Source: Mobula hypostoma (taxonomy: Eukaryota). From it: 64,000 bases of DNA. Positions 13,144-26,630 of the stretch are shown piece after piece. A program made the translations under genes and the position numbers. Each line of letters opens with the position of its first letter. Positions within the stretch are counted from its first letter, which is position 1. The notes under the pieces are model-generated. The model ran no database searches. It saw only the letters and a program-made list of their open reading frames with translations, and had not been told where the DNA came from. The stretch spans positions 46,440,001 to 46,504,000 of the forward strand of contig NC_086108.1 of the NCBI RefSeq assembly GCF_963921235.1. The letters are read 5' to 3'.

Positions 13144-15065
13144 TTAAACCATAGTTCAACAAAATATGGTTTGTGCTGTGGAGTGGTTACATACCATGAC
13201 AGAGATAATTAAATTGTTGATAGAATAAGCCGTGAACATAAGCACAACAAGATCTGCTTGTTTAGCAGTTTTAGAGTTTTGAAATGATAGTACCTTCTTT
13301 AAATTCAATGTTATTGAATTTAATTGATTATTTCCTTACCCTCTATGGTATAGGTTTTGTAAATATTTTATTGCATGATTTGCTTCAAAGACAATATAGT
13401 TATGCTGGTTTGACATTTCAAACTTCCACTGAAGGTAGGAAAACTATAATGAAGACCAAGCCCTGGTTAACCATTCAAATATACGGAAATCCATTTACAA
13501 CTTACACACCCATATATTGTTTGCTCAAAAAAGCAAACTTTAGACTGTTATGCATAGTCAGAATCATTACATACTAGAGATACATGAAGCAAAACCATGA
13601 AAGTACCAGCGAGCAGGAATTTAGTGGAGAAGCTGTAGGCTGGGTAAATGAAGAATAAGCCATTCGGCAGAATGTACATTAATGGCACTTGAATGGAAAT
13701 TAATGGAAATAATTAATGAAAAAAGGTGAGCATGCTGAGGGGATTTACTAGAATGGTTCTAAGGATGAAGGAGTACGGATAGGGAAGCTGGGGACATCTC
13801 CTTAGAGCAAGAGAGGTTGAAAACAGATCTGACAGAGGTGTATGGATGAGAGGTTTAGGTAAGGAAGACAGAAAAGCTGTTTCCATTAACTCATGGTACA
13901 AGGATTAGGTGTATATTTAAAGATTTGGCGGGGGAGGGGGGGAGAGGCTGCAATACCCTTCTTATACAGTAGATGGCAATGACCTAGAACTTGCTACACA
14001 CAAAGGTGGTGGAAGTGGAGGTTAATTGGATCAGCATTTGAGGGAAATTAACATCCAGTGCAATTGAGAGAGAGTAGGGGAATGAATGGAACTAACTGGA
14101 TTCCAGTGCAGAGAACAAACATGGTTCAATGGACTGGTATTTTGCTTATGCCATTAAGGTTCCAAGATGGTTCTCAGGAACACAAAATACCTGTGGATCT
14201 TGGCCGGGATAGGGGTAAGTATTTTATTGGGTGTCATAACAGGAATAAAATGTGCATTATGGATGAGACATAGGGTATTGAGAAGTGGAATGTTACAAAG
14301 TTGAACAACAATGGAAAAGTGCTATGGAGAATGCCCAGCTTGGTACACCAAGTTATTGAATTTCTCTTTCCAGTTCAAGAAAAGAAAATAATGATCCAAG
14401 TATTTCCAGGGGCAAAACGATTGTCTTTGGTTTTTCCTGGGAACTTGCTGGAGGAGGTTTACCACATCCAGGATTTAATGTCAGAAAATAAGGCAAAATC
14501 TCTGGACGCAATGAAGACAAATGGTCATGGTCAAAGTAAAACATTCGCTGGCCCTGTGTCCTTTTCACATTTGTACGGATTTTGTCTTAATCACATGGAT
14601 CCTATAGGGAGAAAAAGATTTATCATAAAGTTATGAACTTCATACTCGTGGAAGATTATTTTTAAGCATTTTTCCAATGATTTAAAGGTCCTACAGAGAC
14701 TGGTAGTCACACGTCATTCCACTCCATCTACTCCATGGCAACGTGCCCACAATTGTACTTTCTCATGGCATTTTTATATTCCTTTGCTCTAAGAAGGTGA
14801 AATGCATGGTTTATGCACAGGGCATGGAAGTACACTGCGAAGACACAAAGTGACTAACTGTTGCCTTGTAAAAGGTGAAAAAAGTATGTGTCATCCCATT
14901 TAAGCATTGGAGTTTCATAGTTGTGCTGAGACTTTGGGCCATTTTTGAAATATTTTGTGGGGTTTCATACCAAGAACAAAAGGAGCATAATAAATGAGGT
15001 ACAGTGTATTGAAAATGGGACATCTAGACTTTTTCCCAGTCTTCACAAGATAACGGTTAGATTAG

Positions 15066-15135
15066 TCACTTTCCGGCTTCATAGTGTATCTCCATGCCCT
15101 GCTGGGATCCGGTAGTGGAATATTTGTGACAGCTG
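15066..15135 (-). CDS. Candidate selectin terminal coding exon 2
   Basis: Phase-2 reading (S)SCHKYSTTGSQQGMEIHYEAGK* resembles the mammalian E-selectin tail SCQSLESDGSYQ as I recall it; the acceptor is A-rich and weak. Confidence 0.3.
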
Positions 15136-15829
15136 CTATAATTTTTTCCAATGTCATCCAAACAGGTTGCTGATTTGTAGTGGATGTTTGGAGATTAAGA
15201 AATAAAGATTTATTCTAACTGAACAAAAGGCTCCAAGACTGAAAAGCATAGAGCTGCTTTATCAAAAAGAATTTGTACTATGATACGTTAAAAGGAAGGG
15301 GATAGCTTTAGAAATTCTTTTACCTATAGAAACACACATTGCTGAGGTGATGAACATAGTTTGTTGCTAGCTTTACGTTCCAAACTCCAATATTTCAATG
15401 CCAAATGAGCCCAGAAAGTGGTTGGCATTACACAATTACAGCTTGGGGCGTAAGTTAAATGGGCATTGTATATTGTCCTGTGATTACGCTAGTGTTAAAT
15501 AGGTGGGGGTGCCAGCTGGCGTGGCTCATGGGCCAGAAGGGCTTGTTCCGGATTTAATGGTCACAGGCCTACTTTTCACACGACATCAAAGTACATATCT
15601 GGTATTGCATTACAAGGTTCGTGCTGACATTACTGTTCAGAGAAGCCTAACCAAATAACCTGAAATTTGCTGTGCATGCGTGAAGTTTTTGATCTTCTTT
15701 AGCAAATTGATTTCGAGACCAATATCTTTACTCTGAGAGCACTCTCAGTGTTTCCAAAGTATGCAGTGCTGTTGCTCCTGGATAGTGGAGGAAAGTAATC
15801 ATAATTTATACTCTAGGCACTATCTAGTT

Positions 15830-16441
15830 ATCAGCATCAGAATCAGAATCCTTTATTATCGCCAAGTATGTGGACACATACAGGGAATTTGATGCCGGTT
15901 TCCCGAGCTCTCACTGTACAGACTCAAAAAGCAAACAAAACAATAGTGGAAATAATCGTGAACTATATACAATGAGGTTTACCTGTGTATGTACAGGTGG
16001 ACTTGGTTTATAATAGACTAAAATTCAAGTGTTCATAAGACTGATGGCATACGGAAAGAAACCGTTCTTGTACCTATTTGTCCTGGCATAGTGATCTAAA
16101 GCGCCTACCAGAAGGAAGGAGTTGGAACAGGTGATGTCCGGGGTGTGATGGGTCTACAGTGATGCTGCTTGCTCACTTCCTGACTCTAGATGTATATAAG
16201 TCCTGGATCGAGGGCAGCTTCACACCAATAATCCTTTCCACAGCCCTGATGGTTCTTTGGAGTCTATTCTTGTCTTGTTTGGTAGCTGATCCAAACCAGA
16301 CAGTGATGGACAAACAGAGAACAGACTGGATTATTCCTGAATAGAATTGAATCAGCAGCTCCTGAGGCAGGTTGTACTTCCTGAGTTGACGTAGGAAATA
16401 CAACCTCTGCTGAACCTTTTTGATAAGAGTGTCCGCGTTAA
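15830..16441 (-). mobile_element. Rex/Babar LINE 3' end
   Basis: KKVQQRLYFLRQLRK..FYSGIIQSVL..ITVWFG; AATAAA and (ttctga)n tail. Confidence 0.88.
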
Positions 16442-18464
16442 TTAGACAATGAATATTGGTAGTTTTCACTTATCAGGAGAACCCATGCCTGAGCTCTCTG
16501 CTATCCACACAGACATATTTTACATAGCATCAAAACGGTATTGAACAGATACAGAATGTTAAACGCCAACTGCAAAGGCTATTCACACTCAGTTAGGGAG
16601 TGTATTTGACACAAGATATGCATCATATCAAAATGACCCTTCTAAACCTGCATTTGTAGACCAAATTTGATCTCCTCTTCCTTCCAATATGTCCCACAAA
16701 ATTGAAGCATTATTATTTCCCACGATGTTGTTAAGGTTTATAATCTTACCTTAAATATTATTCATGAATGTAGGATTTTCGAACGTATCTTGTTTAACTT
16801 CAGCACTGGAAGACAAATATGGCAGTTTAATTTGTTTCTGAGATGACTCCCACTGTAGTTTTTCTGAGCGCTAACAAAAAATTAGTCTATCTCAGAATGA
16901 ACATATTCAATTGCATGTGAAAAATATCAGCCCAGATATTTCAGAGTAAGTGCTCAAACATGAATTGCTTTCATTCTTTCCTGCAATAAATAACAGTAAT
17001 GGAGCAAATCATTGTCAAATGCATCTTCTCCAGTGTGTTACAGAATGATTACGCCGAGTGTGCCTGTGGAAATACATTGGTTTGGAACAGCGGTGGAGGG
17101 AATAGTTTGTGGTTAAATCCCTGGACCAATAATCCGGAGTCTTAAGTTCAAATCCTACAGAAACCGTGTGGGAGTTGACATTTAGTTATCAGTCTGGATT
17201 GATTAAAGGATCTAGTCGCAGCATGATCAGTGGGAAGATGGTGCTCAGAGAATCAACCCTCTTGAACAAACTTGTTTGATTGGCTTGCTTCAAGGGAGGA
17301 AACTGTTGTCCATCAAGACTCACATCAATGTAGTTGAAACAAAACAGCCTCTGAAATTGTCCAGCAAACCATTTAACTGTGTCAAAGTCATTATGTTAAA
17401 AAGACTAATAACAAAACCTAATGGACTTCCAGGCATTGAGTAAGGCACAAAATGCAGTCAGCACATTATGATTCCTGCCAAGATGGCCTTGCAAAGTCCA
17501 CTTAACAAATACCTGGTGTCTGGTGTCTGGTGCCTAAAATGAAAGAGATTTACCACAGGCTCATCAAGCAACAGCCCAATAGAGTCATAATCAGAATCAC
17601 ATTGCTCAGCCAGTGGGTGATTCCTCCTTCACCTTTTGAAGAGACCCTACTAAGAGTGATGAGGGTGCATGATAACAGGAGGGCTCAACATCAACTTTGA
17701 TTGTTGAAGTTTCATGGCACTGGGTCAAGCACTCGCAAGGAAACCCATTGGTAATCGCCCCACAGATGAACCAGCACTAAACCACTGTATGTCTTACAAC
17801 ACTTGAAAGAAGAATTGGGACAAGCAAAGATACAGAAAGTACTCTGGGTGGGGGGAATCTAACTGTTTATCACCAACAATGACATACTACTTTCAACATT
17901 GAACTAGCCTCAAAGATAAAGCTGCCAGATTTGGTCAGCAATGATTGGTGAACCAATAAAATAATTTTTAAAATCTTTACTTGATATCATCCTCACCAAT
18001 GTTCCTTAAGTAAATCATCTGTGTATAACATTATTTGATAAGAGGCCAGTGCAGTGTCCCTGTAAAGACTAGATCATATCTTTACACCAAGGACTGTCAT
18101 TCTAGGAGGGATAGTCTGAGAAAAGATAAATTGGGGGATATATCACCTTGGCCCCATGACACTTGGATACGGCCCTGGGCCCTAGCTTCTTCAGCTGTAT
18201 GGTCAATCATAAGAAGTGGACATGCTTGTTGTTGACAATGTTCATTAGCAATTTAAAACAAAAGAGAAAAACCATGCTACATGCAGTAAAATCTAGATGC
18301 CAAGTATGTGTAGATAAGGGACAAGTTATATTTTTGCCATACCAGTGCTGGACAATGACAGTTTCTGGCAATATAGAACCCAACCACTTGCACTTGACCC
18401 GCAACAGCACAACCATTGCTGTCCCCCATCTCCAGAAACTTGCTCATTACTTTTAACCAGAAGC

Positions 18465-18845
18465 TCAGACTTGTTTATTTGTTATGTGCCATGTTGTATG
18501 ATGTGGGTGATCATGGTCTTTCCATGCCCATGGTTGCTCTTGGCAAATTTTTCTACAGAAGTGGTTTGCCATTGCCTTCTGGTCAGTGTCTCTGCAAGGC
18601 GGGTGACCCAAGCCATTATCAATACTCCTCAGAAATTGCCTGGCATCCGTGGCTGAGCAATCAGGACTTGTGAAATGCACCAGCTGCTCATGCAATCATC
18701 CACAACCTACAGCCATGGCTTCACATGACCCTGACTGGGGGGCTAAGCAGGTGCGACACCTTTCTCCAGGGTGGCATGCAGGCTTACGGAGGGAAGGAGC
18801 ACCTTATATCTCTTTGGTAGAGATGTATCTTCACCCCAACACCAA
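18465..18845 (-). mobile_element. RTE-tailed SINE or RTE fragment
   Basis: Contains aagtggtttgccattgccttc, the reverse complement of a conserved RTE 3' UTR motif. Confidence 0.45.
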
Positions 18846-18917
18846 ACATGAATACTGTGGCAAAAGCACAGATCAGAAGCAGATTATTCTGCGAAGAGTA
18901 ACTTAACAAATTCTTAT

Positions 18918-18970
18918 TTATCCAGGCAAGTCCATTTATCAATAAAGCACTAATGGACTTGCCTGGATAA
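18918..18970. repeat. Perfect 19-bp inverted repeat with 15-nt loop
   Basis: ttatccaggcaagtccatt (18918-18936) / aatggacttgcctggataa (18952-18970). Confidence 0.9.
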
Positions 18971-19689
18971 GAATGCCTTCAATAACATTCCAGAAGCTGG
19001 ACACCATCCATGATGAACACTCTCAGTGGTTAAAACTTCTCCCAACACAACCGAGTTTCACTCTTCCCCATCACAAATATGTGGTGGTTGTTTCTGACTC
19101 ATTTCTAAATTGCATTGCAATTATCCGTCAAGCTATTCAAATTACAAATTCCAGACTTGTGATCCTTACCAACTAGACAGACAAGTCGGCAGATGCGCCT
19201 GGAAAACAACTTCCTGCAAATTCCCTTCAAAATTGGACCCTATTAGGACTAGGAATTATCTCAATGTCTCTGGATCTTATTCCTTGAACCCTCTATGCAT
19301 TAGTACTACAGAGGTGTCTGCATTAGAGTTCACTATTTGCTTCACAGAAGATAATTAAGATTGGCAATCGATACTAATTTTGCTGTTGATACTCTCATTC
19401 CCTACTTGAAGTTTTAAAGTGCCACACTGTACATGCTAGTGGATCAAACAAGGCAAATTAATAGGCTATGTTGTTATATTCATCCCTTAATAATAGGTTA
19501 CAAGGGTCATATCCCTTGCCTCTCCAGTGAGAAATTCCTCCATTTTAGTGATAGAAATTTGAACTCCATTTGCCTAATCTTCTCCTTTAAATTCAGCATC
19601 CTCCTGTTTTATTGAAACCTCTCCTTCCTATGTACACTCTTCTGATGATATTCATGCTCACATGCTCAATTTTTGGCTTTCATTCAATA

Positions 19690-20310
19690 CCTCCCAGGTA
19701 GACAGTGTGGTGAAGGCTTTCTTCACACTGGCATTTATCAGAACAGTTGGGGTGTTACTTTGCGGTTGTACAAGATGTTGGTGGGACCCTATTTGGAATA
19801 CTATGTTCAGTTTTATGTTATTCTCCTAGAGGAGAGATGCCATTAAGTTGGAAATAATGCAGAAAATATTTACAAGAATGTTGCCAGGACTTAGGGGACA
19901 GAGTTACAGAGAAAAGTTCAGTGGGCTATGACTGAATTCATTGGCGAGCAGGTGAATGAGGGTGACCTTACAGAGGTGTATAAAATCATCAGCGGCACCG
20001 ATAGCGAGAATGGATGCAGTTTTTATTCTCCAGGTTTGAGGAATCTAGAACTATGGGGCATTGGTTTAAGGTAAATGCACACGATTTAATAAAAATCTGA
20101 GGGGCAATTATTTCACCCGGAGGGCAGTGTGTGTATAGAATGAGCTGTGAGCAGAAGTGGTTAAGGCAGGTACATTAATAAAGTTAAAAGGCACTTGGGC
20201 TAGTACATGAATAGGAGAGGGATGTTGATCAAATGAAGGTAAATGAGATTAGCTCGACATGACCCAGTTGGGCTGAAGGGCCTTTTTCTCAGTTGTATGA
20301 CTCTATGACT
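19690..20310 (+). mobile_element. CR1 LINE 3' fragment
   Basis: Decayed [17 protein letters not shown] and MRGDLxEVYK-like segments; (ctatgact)n tail. Confidence 0.8.
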
Positions 20311-20459
20311 TTCCCTTGTTAGTGATCTACCAGAGGTAATATGTGGTCCAATGGAATTGAAAGACTTCTTCTGTCATCATATTGTGTTAAAGGAATAACT
20401 TCAATATCCTGAGATTAACATGCTGAAGTGAGGCTAGGGTGTAGAAAGGATATGTGGGT

Positions 20460-20655
20460 AAACACACAAAATGCTTAGGCCACTCAGTGATTCATGTAGC
20501 ATCTTTCAAAAGAGAAAGAACTGATGTTTCCGATCTGGGACCTTTCATTAGAACAATTCTGAAATCCTAATGTCTTTTCCTTTAACAGATATGGTCCGAT
20601 TTGCTGAGTGTTCCAGCATTTTCTGTCTTTACTTCAGGTTTACAGCATCTGCAGT
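20460..20655. mobile_element. Fold-back repeat, probably Penelope-like-element derived
   Basis: Inverted arms (aaaatgct...ctcag / ctgag...agcatttt); degenerate CTAATGA...GAAA core on the minus strand at about 20520-20554. Confidence 0.55.
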
Positions 20656-20669
20656 TTAGAAAATAATAC

Positions 20670-20700
20670 TTATAATCCTAGATTTGCACTTGATACCAAT
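20670..20700 (-). CDS. Candidate selectin terminal coding exon 1
   Basis: Strong acceptor ccctttccacAG; phase-2 reading gives (R)LVSSANLGL*, with GT right after the stop. Confidence 0.45.
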
Positions 20701-20992
20701 CTGTGGAAAGGGGATGAAATTCTGGTCACTGCTAGCCTTGTGTACTATCATCTATTACATGAAACTAATTGGCACTTTATCAGAAAAGCTACATGGATCA
20801 TTTATTTGTACAAGTTGTAACAATAGCATTATTGTTACTACACTTTCAAGACAGAGGAAAAGTTACGTTTAAGGACTGAAGAACCAACGAGTTACATTTT
20901 GATGTCCTATGTATGACTTTTATTCTAGGAACACGATACTGGGCAGACAAAATTAAAATACTTTTCACTTCTCATTGTTAATATCCCCGCTT

Positions 20993-22531
20993 CTCACCTT
21001 CAAAAAACCAAACAGAATGGAGGATTTGCCTTACCCAATTTTAGGTTATATTATTGGGCAGTTAATATACGAAATAGTACATTATGGATATATTACATTA
21101 ACCATGAGAATTGCCCTACATGGGTTTCTTGGGAAGTCAACTCTGTTATAAAAAATTTCCATTATTTCTCTACTTGGATCCTCGCTTCCTTTACCTTTAA
21201 ATAAACCAATTGACAATGTGGTGGTTAAACATACATTGAGGATTTGGTTACTGTTTAGAAAACATTTTGGTTTATTGAGATTCTCCCTCTCAAGTCCTAT
21301 ATTTTCTAATTTTCTTAAACCATCTTTAATTGACTTACCTTTTAAAGAATGGGATAGATTGGGTATTAAGTGATTTCAGGATTTGTTTGATGGAGGGAAT
21401 CTCTCTTCTTTTGTGCAACTTTCAACGAAATTTAACCTTTCCAACACTCACTTTTTTCGATACTTACAGATTAGAGATTTTTTTAAGATCTCAATTACTT
21501 ACATTTCCTACAAGTCCAGATAAGAATATAATAGATACAATTTTAAATCTGAAAACCTTTGATAACAGTTCAATATCTTACATTTATGGTCTACTGTTGA
21601 GACTGAAAAAGGCCTCTTTAGCTAAAATTAAAGGAGATTGGGAAAAGGATTTACAGGTTTTCATATCCAAAGAGAGCTGGAAGATTATTTTAAAATTGAT
21701 TAATTCTTCATCATTATGTGCTCATCATTCTTTATTACAATTCAAAGTGGTACGTAGAGTTCATGTGTCTAAAGACAAGCTCTCCTGTTTCTACGCAGAT
21801 ATTTCCCCTTACTGTGATAGACATACTAATGGAGCGGCCACACTAATTCATGTGTTTTGGACATGTCCGAGCCTTTAAAAATTCTGGAAAGATGCATTTC
21901 AAACTTTTTCAGCACTTTTCAATGTCAGCTTTAAGCCCAATCCTTTGACTGCCTTGTTTGGTATTATTGAGGATAGTGCTACAAAATTGAAGCCATCTAA
22001 TTTGCAGGTATTGGCCTTTGTGTCTCTTATGGTCAGGAGGGCGATCTTGCTCAAGTGGAAGGAGGTCGCCCCGCCCACTCACGTTCAATGGCTATCTGAT
22101 GTTATGTTGTGCCTTGATCTAGAAAGATTTGTTATTTGATTTCTGATTCTAAACATGATTTTCTATTGTTACGGGGACCATTTCTAAATTATTATCATAA
22201 TCTTTGAACTGTTATTAAAGTATGGATCTGAGCCATTATTATTATAATATCATATGGTAAGGTATTTTTCTTTTTTCTTCTTAATTTTACCAACCAGCTC
22301 ATTTTGGTTGTGGGGGTAGATTTCTTTTTAAATAAAATACAATGATTTTATTCTATTTTATTTCATAATTCAATCTTTTTTTTCTATATGATTGATTTGG
22401 AATATGGGATACTGTGAATACTGCAATTTAAATGTAATGTAATTCATATTATTTACTTGTATCCTTATGAATTTTGTATTTGTATTCATGCAATTTATAT
22501 AATATCAATAAAAATATTGAAAAAGAAAAAG
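20993..22531 (+). mobile_element. 5'-truncated L1 LINE
   Basis: GGFALPNFRLYYWA, QFKVV.R.H, CDR..H.FWTCP; AATAAA plus A-rich tail; imperfect 13-bp TSD aatatccccgctt / aacatccccactt. Confidence 0.9.
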
Positions 22532-22594
22532 AACATCCCCACTTTGACAAACACAAATAGTGAAAGAAAGGCGATGTGGAAAAGTTGAAGTTAC

Positions 22595-22628
22595 CTTTCA
22601 GAGGTTAGCTTTTGTGATTCATCTGAAG
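22595..22628 (-). CDS. Selectin first cytoplasmic exon
   Basis: 34 bp, tttttttgttAG acceptor, AG/GTAACT donor, phase 1-2; (A)SDESQKLTSE(S/R). An in-frame AG 6 nt inside is an alternative acceptor. Confidence 0.7.
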
Positions 22629-22962
22629 CTAACAAAAAAATGTGGAATATTAAGACTTGCATCTTAAAGCATTAAATTTTAAAGAGACTTAAAATTATAA
22701 AAAGATATTCAAATCATCAAGTGATTTTAGACAGGGGCAAAGCAGAAAGGCTATAATTAGCCACAGTGCTTCTGCACATGGAAGATAGCTTAATGAACGT
22801 GCTTATCTCATTGGCGTCTATTGTCTACAGATTTTTGCCAGATAAAGCACATAGATGGACAGGAACGGTATACTGGTGGTATCATCTTGGTCAAACAGTA
22901 GTTAACAGTCTGTACTTGCACAAGATGATAAGAATTCAGTTCATCAATTGCAGGCATTAGAT

Positions 22963-23041
22963 CAGGGGTTCCCAACTGGGGGTCCAGGACCCCTTGGTTA
23001 ATGGAATGGGTCCATGGCATTAAAAAAGTTGGGAATGCCTG
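22963..23041. mobile_element. hAT-type MITE (about 80 bp)
   Basis: TIRs CAGGGGTTCCCAAC ... GTTGGGAATGCCTG. Confidence 0.7.
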
Positions 23042-23550
23042 ATTTACACTGATACCTTGCTTAGCACTCATGATACCTCCCCAGTAACAAGGGTGCTAAT
23101 GGAATCAGTATTAAAAGGGGTCATTTTAGCATAGTACACAGAGAAAAATGCATCTCCAATGGCACTGCTGTGTGGCGAACTTGGTGTCCCTGATCTCCAC
23201 TGACAAGGAAACTCACTGTGGAATGTGCAGAGGCTCCTGTGAGGGCTGATGCTGAACAGGTTGCAGTCACGAGATGTGGGGTTCAAGCTGCATCCTGGCC
23301 AGCACAGGTGAGAGCGTGCCATTGCTGTGGGGACCAGCAGCACATGCACCATGCATTGATACACAGTCTGGATCTTGCCATCACCCTCAACATCTACTGT
23401 TGGACGTCATGGAACCTGCTATCTCCCCTTCTCTTTGATTTGCTGCATAGCTCTTCCCAACCCAGGGATTTCACCATGTTAACCAGGCACGGGTTCACTT
23501 CAGCTTCCTGGCATAGACACGATCAGAAACAGGGGCAGTAGGGATTTGCA

Positions 23551-23690
23551 CCAAGTTCCCAGCACAGCAGCGCACAGCAGTTGGGAATAGAGAAGCTTGT
23601 GCCAGATTTCCAGCACAGTAGAACGTAGCAGTGGGAAGTAGAGGAGCTCAGTCCAAATTCCCAGCACAGCAACACAGAGTAGCAGATAAG
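23551..23690. repeat. Degenerate 51-bp minisatellite, about 3 units
   Basis: cca(a/g)(g/a)tt(c/t)ccagcacag anchors recur at 23551, 23602 and 23653. Confidence 0.75.
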
Positions 23691-25199
23691 GCAAAGGTTC
23701 TTGCCTGGGCAGTGTGCAGCCCAAGCAGAGATCTTCAGTGGGATACATACCTGGGAGTGTTGGGTCAGCAGGACTAAGAGCACTATAATGTATCAGTGAT
23801 CTGTGTGGTAGCATTAAGTGGGGTAACGGTGTAAGAGGGGAGGTGGAGGAGTGATGAGGTGGAACTGGAACAAAGCACAATAGGAATCAGACTTTGCAAA
23901 ATAATTATTACAGGTTTGAGCCCTTACGAATCCATTTAGCCATTAAACACAAGCAACAGTATTCAGTCACATTGACATACAACACCAAAATGTAAAACTT
24001 TGATTTTCTCACCTCAAGTATTCATACATCAGCATTTACTTTCACTTTTTATTTAAATAGTGAAATATCTGGTAGATCCCTTGGACTAAACCATTGAATT
24101 ATTTAAGATGAATAAATGGCACTTTTAACCATAAGTGCAGAATGCAATGGTTATGATTTCACAACAAGTGTGTAAGATAGGGTGGTGTTTCAGTGGAGTA
24201 AAGCCAGTGCAACATTGTGGAGCAGGCTGATTTTTCTCATTGAAGGTCTGTATGCTGTCTTAGAATGTGAAATGATTCAAGGAAGAGTGGGCTGATCCTT
24301 CTAGGGAGGTTCATCAATAATGATCTGACAACCAAAGATAATGTAGATTCAACCAGAGTCAGCATGGATTTATGAAAGGGAAATGTTTAGACCTTCAGAA
24401 GCTCTTGAATAACATGACACACAAGGGGTAATTACATTACATAAAATTGGACACTTTGTTGTTATGGTGTTATACTGGTGTGGAATGTGTATTAGTTAAC
24501 AGACAGAAAATGTAGCAAGAATAAAACAGATTGGGGTTTCTGATCAGAGTTGTGCCACAGATGTAAAGGACAGCTCGCTGCAGGTTGTGCACTTACCTTA
24601 CGGCTCCTGTGAACTGGGTTCAATTCTGACCTCTGGTGGTGTCTGAGTGAATTTGCACGTTCTTTTCCGGTGCTCCACTTTCCTCCCACAACCCTGGCAT
24701 CTACGCATTGTTGTTAAGTTATTTGGCCACTGGAAAACGAACTCTCATGTAGGTGATTGGATCGGCAGAATCAGAGGAGTGTTATTAGGCAGAGGTGAGA
24801 GAAAAGCTTACAGGAAAATGGAGGAGTGAAATTGCTCGGAGAGGTGGGCCAATTGCCCCTTCTATGTTGTTGTGAGTTATGAAGCCAGGTAATTAATTTG
24901 AATGACGGGTGTAGTATGTTCAAGTATTCTCTGATGGTACCAATCTAGGGGGCTGTGAGAGGATGCTGAAGTGCTTTAGGGATAGGAGGCAGGCAAACTG
25001 AAGGAGCAAGGATAGAATGTGGAAAAAATGACAGCATTCAAAGAAAAAGGTGGTGGTGGAGAATTCTTTTTATGACAAGAAATTGAAGGATGTGAATTCA
25101 GAGGGACTGCTTGTCCTTGTGCAAGAATCACTAAAAGTTCAAAGAATTGTAGCGATTGTAGTGCCAAAGACCGTAGTGGCTCTCTACCAGTGAACTCAC

Positions 25200-26210
25200 T
25201 AGTTCCACTTCACTGGCCCCACATCTGTGGTCTGACAATATTTTTCTCTTTCAAATGTTCATCCAGTTCTTTCATGAAGGCCACAAATAGAACCTGTCTC
25301 CTCTATATGTGCAAGCAATGCATTCCATATTTCAAAGACATGCCATAGCAAACAGTATTTTTCTATATCAGCTTAATTCCTCTTTGCTTTACTTTATGCC
25401 TGTGACATCTAGTCCTTGACAAAAGGAGTCATCTTCCACTAGCTTCTCTACCCAGACTGCTAAGCATCCTATATACTTCTACGAGATATCTCCTCGGGCT
25501 TCTCCTTGAAGAAATCTGTCCAAATCCCTCTAATGTCTCATTGTAACTATAGTTCTTCATCCTAGGAACCATTCTCTTAAATCTTCGGTGGATCTGTTTT
25601 AAACCTCTTCCTTCTTTAATCTGTCAATCTCAGTGAAATGCAACACATTGGTTTTCAGAAATCTGTTGATAAAGTCCAATATAAAAGGTTAGTATGCAAA
25701 ATTAAAGCATGCAGAATTTGGGATTTGCATTTTTAATTATAAAACAATTATATAGGGTTTTTGTGAGGCCACAATTAGAAAACCATGCAGATTTGATCTC
25801 CTCATTGAAGAAAACACAAAGAGTGCAAACAAGATTCGCTAGACAGATTCTTGGGATAGAAGGCCTGTATTTACTAGAGACTAAAAGAGTGAGAGGTGAT
25901 CTCATTAAACACACAAAAAAATCTTACGGGTGCAGACAGATGGAATGCAAGCTCTGGGAGTCATAAGACAAGCTGAGAGGAGATACCTCTTCACTCAAAA
26001 TGTGGAATCATAGAACTTGTGGAATTTTCAACACCAGATGGTTGCAGAAGCCAAGTCAATGAATGTTTTTAAGGAGGAGAAATATAGATTTTCAAGGAAT
26101 GGGCAGAGAGCAGGAATGTGCTATTAAGGTAAGTGATCTTCCATGAATGGATTGAATGATTCAGAGGTCCAATGGCCTCTGGCCTATGTCCAATGGCCTA
26201 TTCCTGCTTC
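25200..26210. mobile_element. Old CR1 LINE fragments (both orientations)
   Basis: LYRVFVRPQLE..RVQTRFAR..RVRGDLIK on +; similar remnant on - at 25200-25620. Confidence 0.65.
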
Positions 26211-26334
26211 TATGCGCCATACTTCTGTGCAAGGATGTTCTTGCAATGGAGGGTGTGCATTACTGGGACTGTGAGTTTGTGACCAAAGAAGAGATTGAGC
26301 AGAGAGTGGTTCTTTACCCTCTGAAATTATTTAC

Positions 26335-26630
26335 TTATTTAGAGATACTGCATGGAACAGGGCTTTCTGGCCCTTCGGACTGCGCTGTTGAGCAACCCCA
26401 ATTTAACCCTAGCCTAATCAGAGGGCAATTTACAATGACCAGTCAATCTACTAACCAGAACATCTTTGGACTGTGGGAGGAAACCAGAGAATCCACTCAG
26501 TCCACGGGGAGGATGTACTGACTCCTTACAGGTAACATCGGAATTGAACTCCGAACTGCGCCCCCCCCCCCCCGCTCCGCCAGGCCTGTAATAGCATCAT
26601 GCTAACCGCCATACTATTGTGGCAGCCAGT
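26335..26630 (-). mobile_element. tRNA-derived SINE
   Basis: Same family as 47230-47520 (tctttggactgtgggaggaaacc core; minus-strand B-box GTTCAATTCC). Confidence 0.7.

Noticed and set aside
12895..13210. Minus-strand ATG|GTATGT at 13197 with a nearby GATA motif and a second donor near 12897, resembling the ATG-only first exon of another selectin
   Set aside because: No signal-peptide or lectin exon found downstream; motifs this short arise by chance
14301..14636. 111-aa plus-strand ORF with a pyrimidine-rich AG and a TTCCTGGGAA STAT-like motif
   Set aside because: No recognisable homology or partner exons; a single motif is not evidence
17500..19380. Faint endonuclease/RT-like peptide traces from a very old LINE
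   Set aside because: Too decayed to set boundaries or family by eye
23160..23480. Possible Myb/SANT (Harbinger-type) remnant on the minus strand
   Set aside because: Only a few residues match; no TIRs or transposase seen
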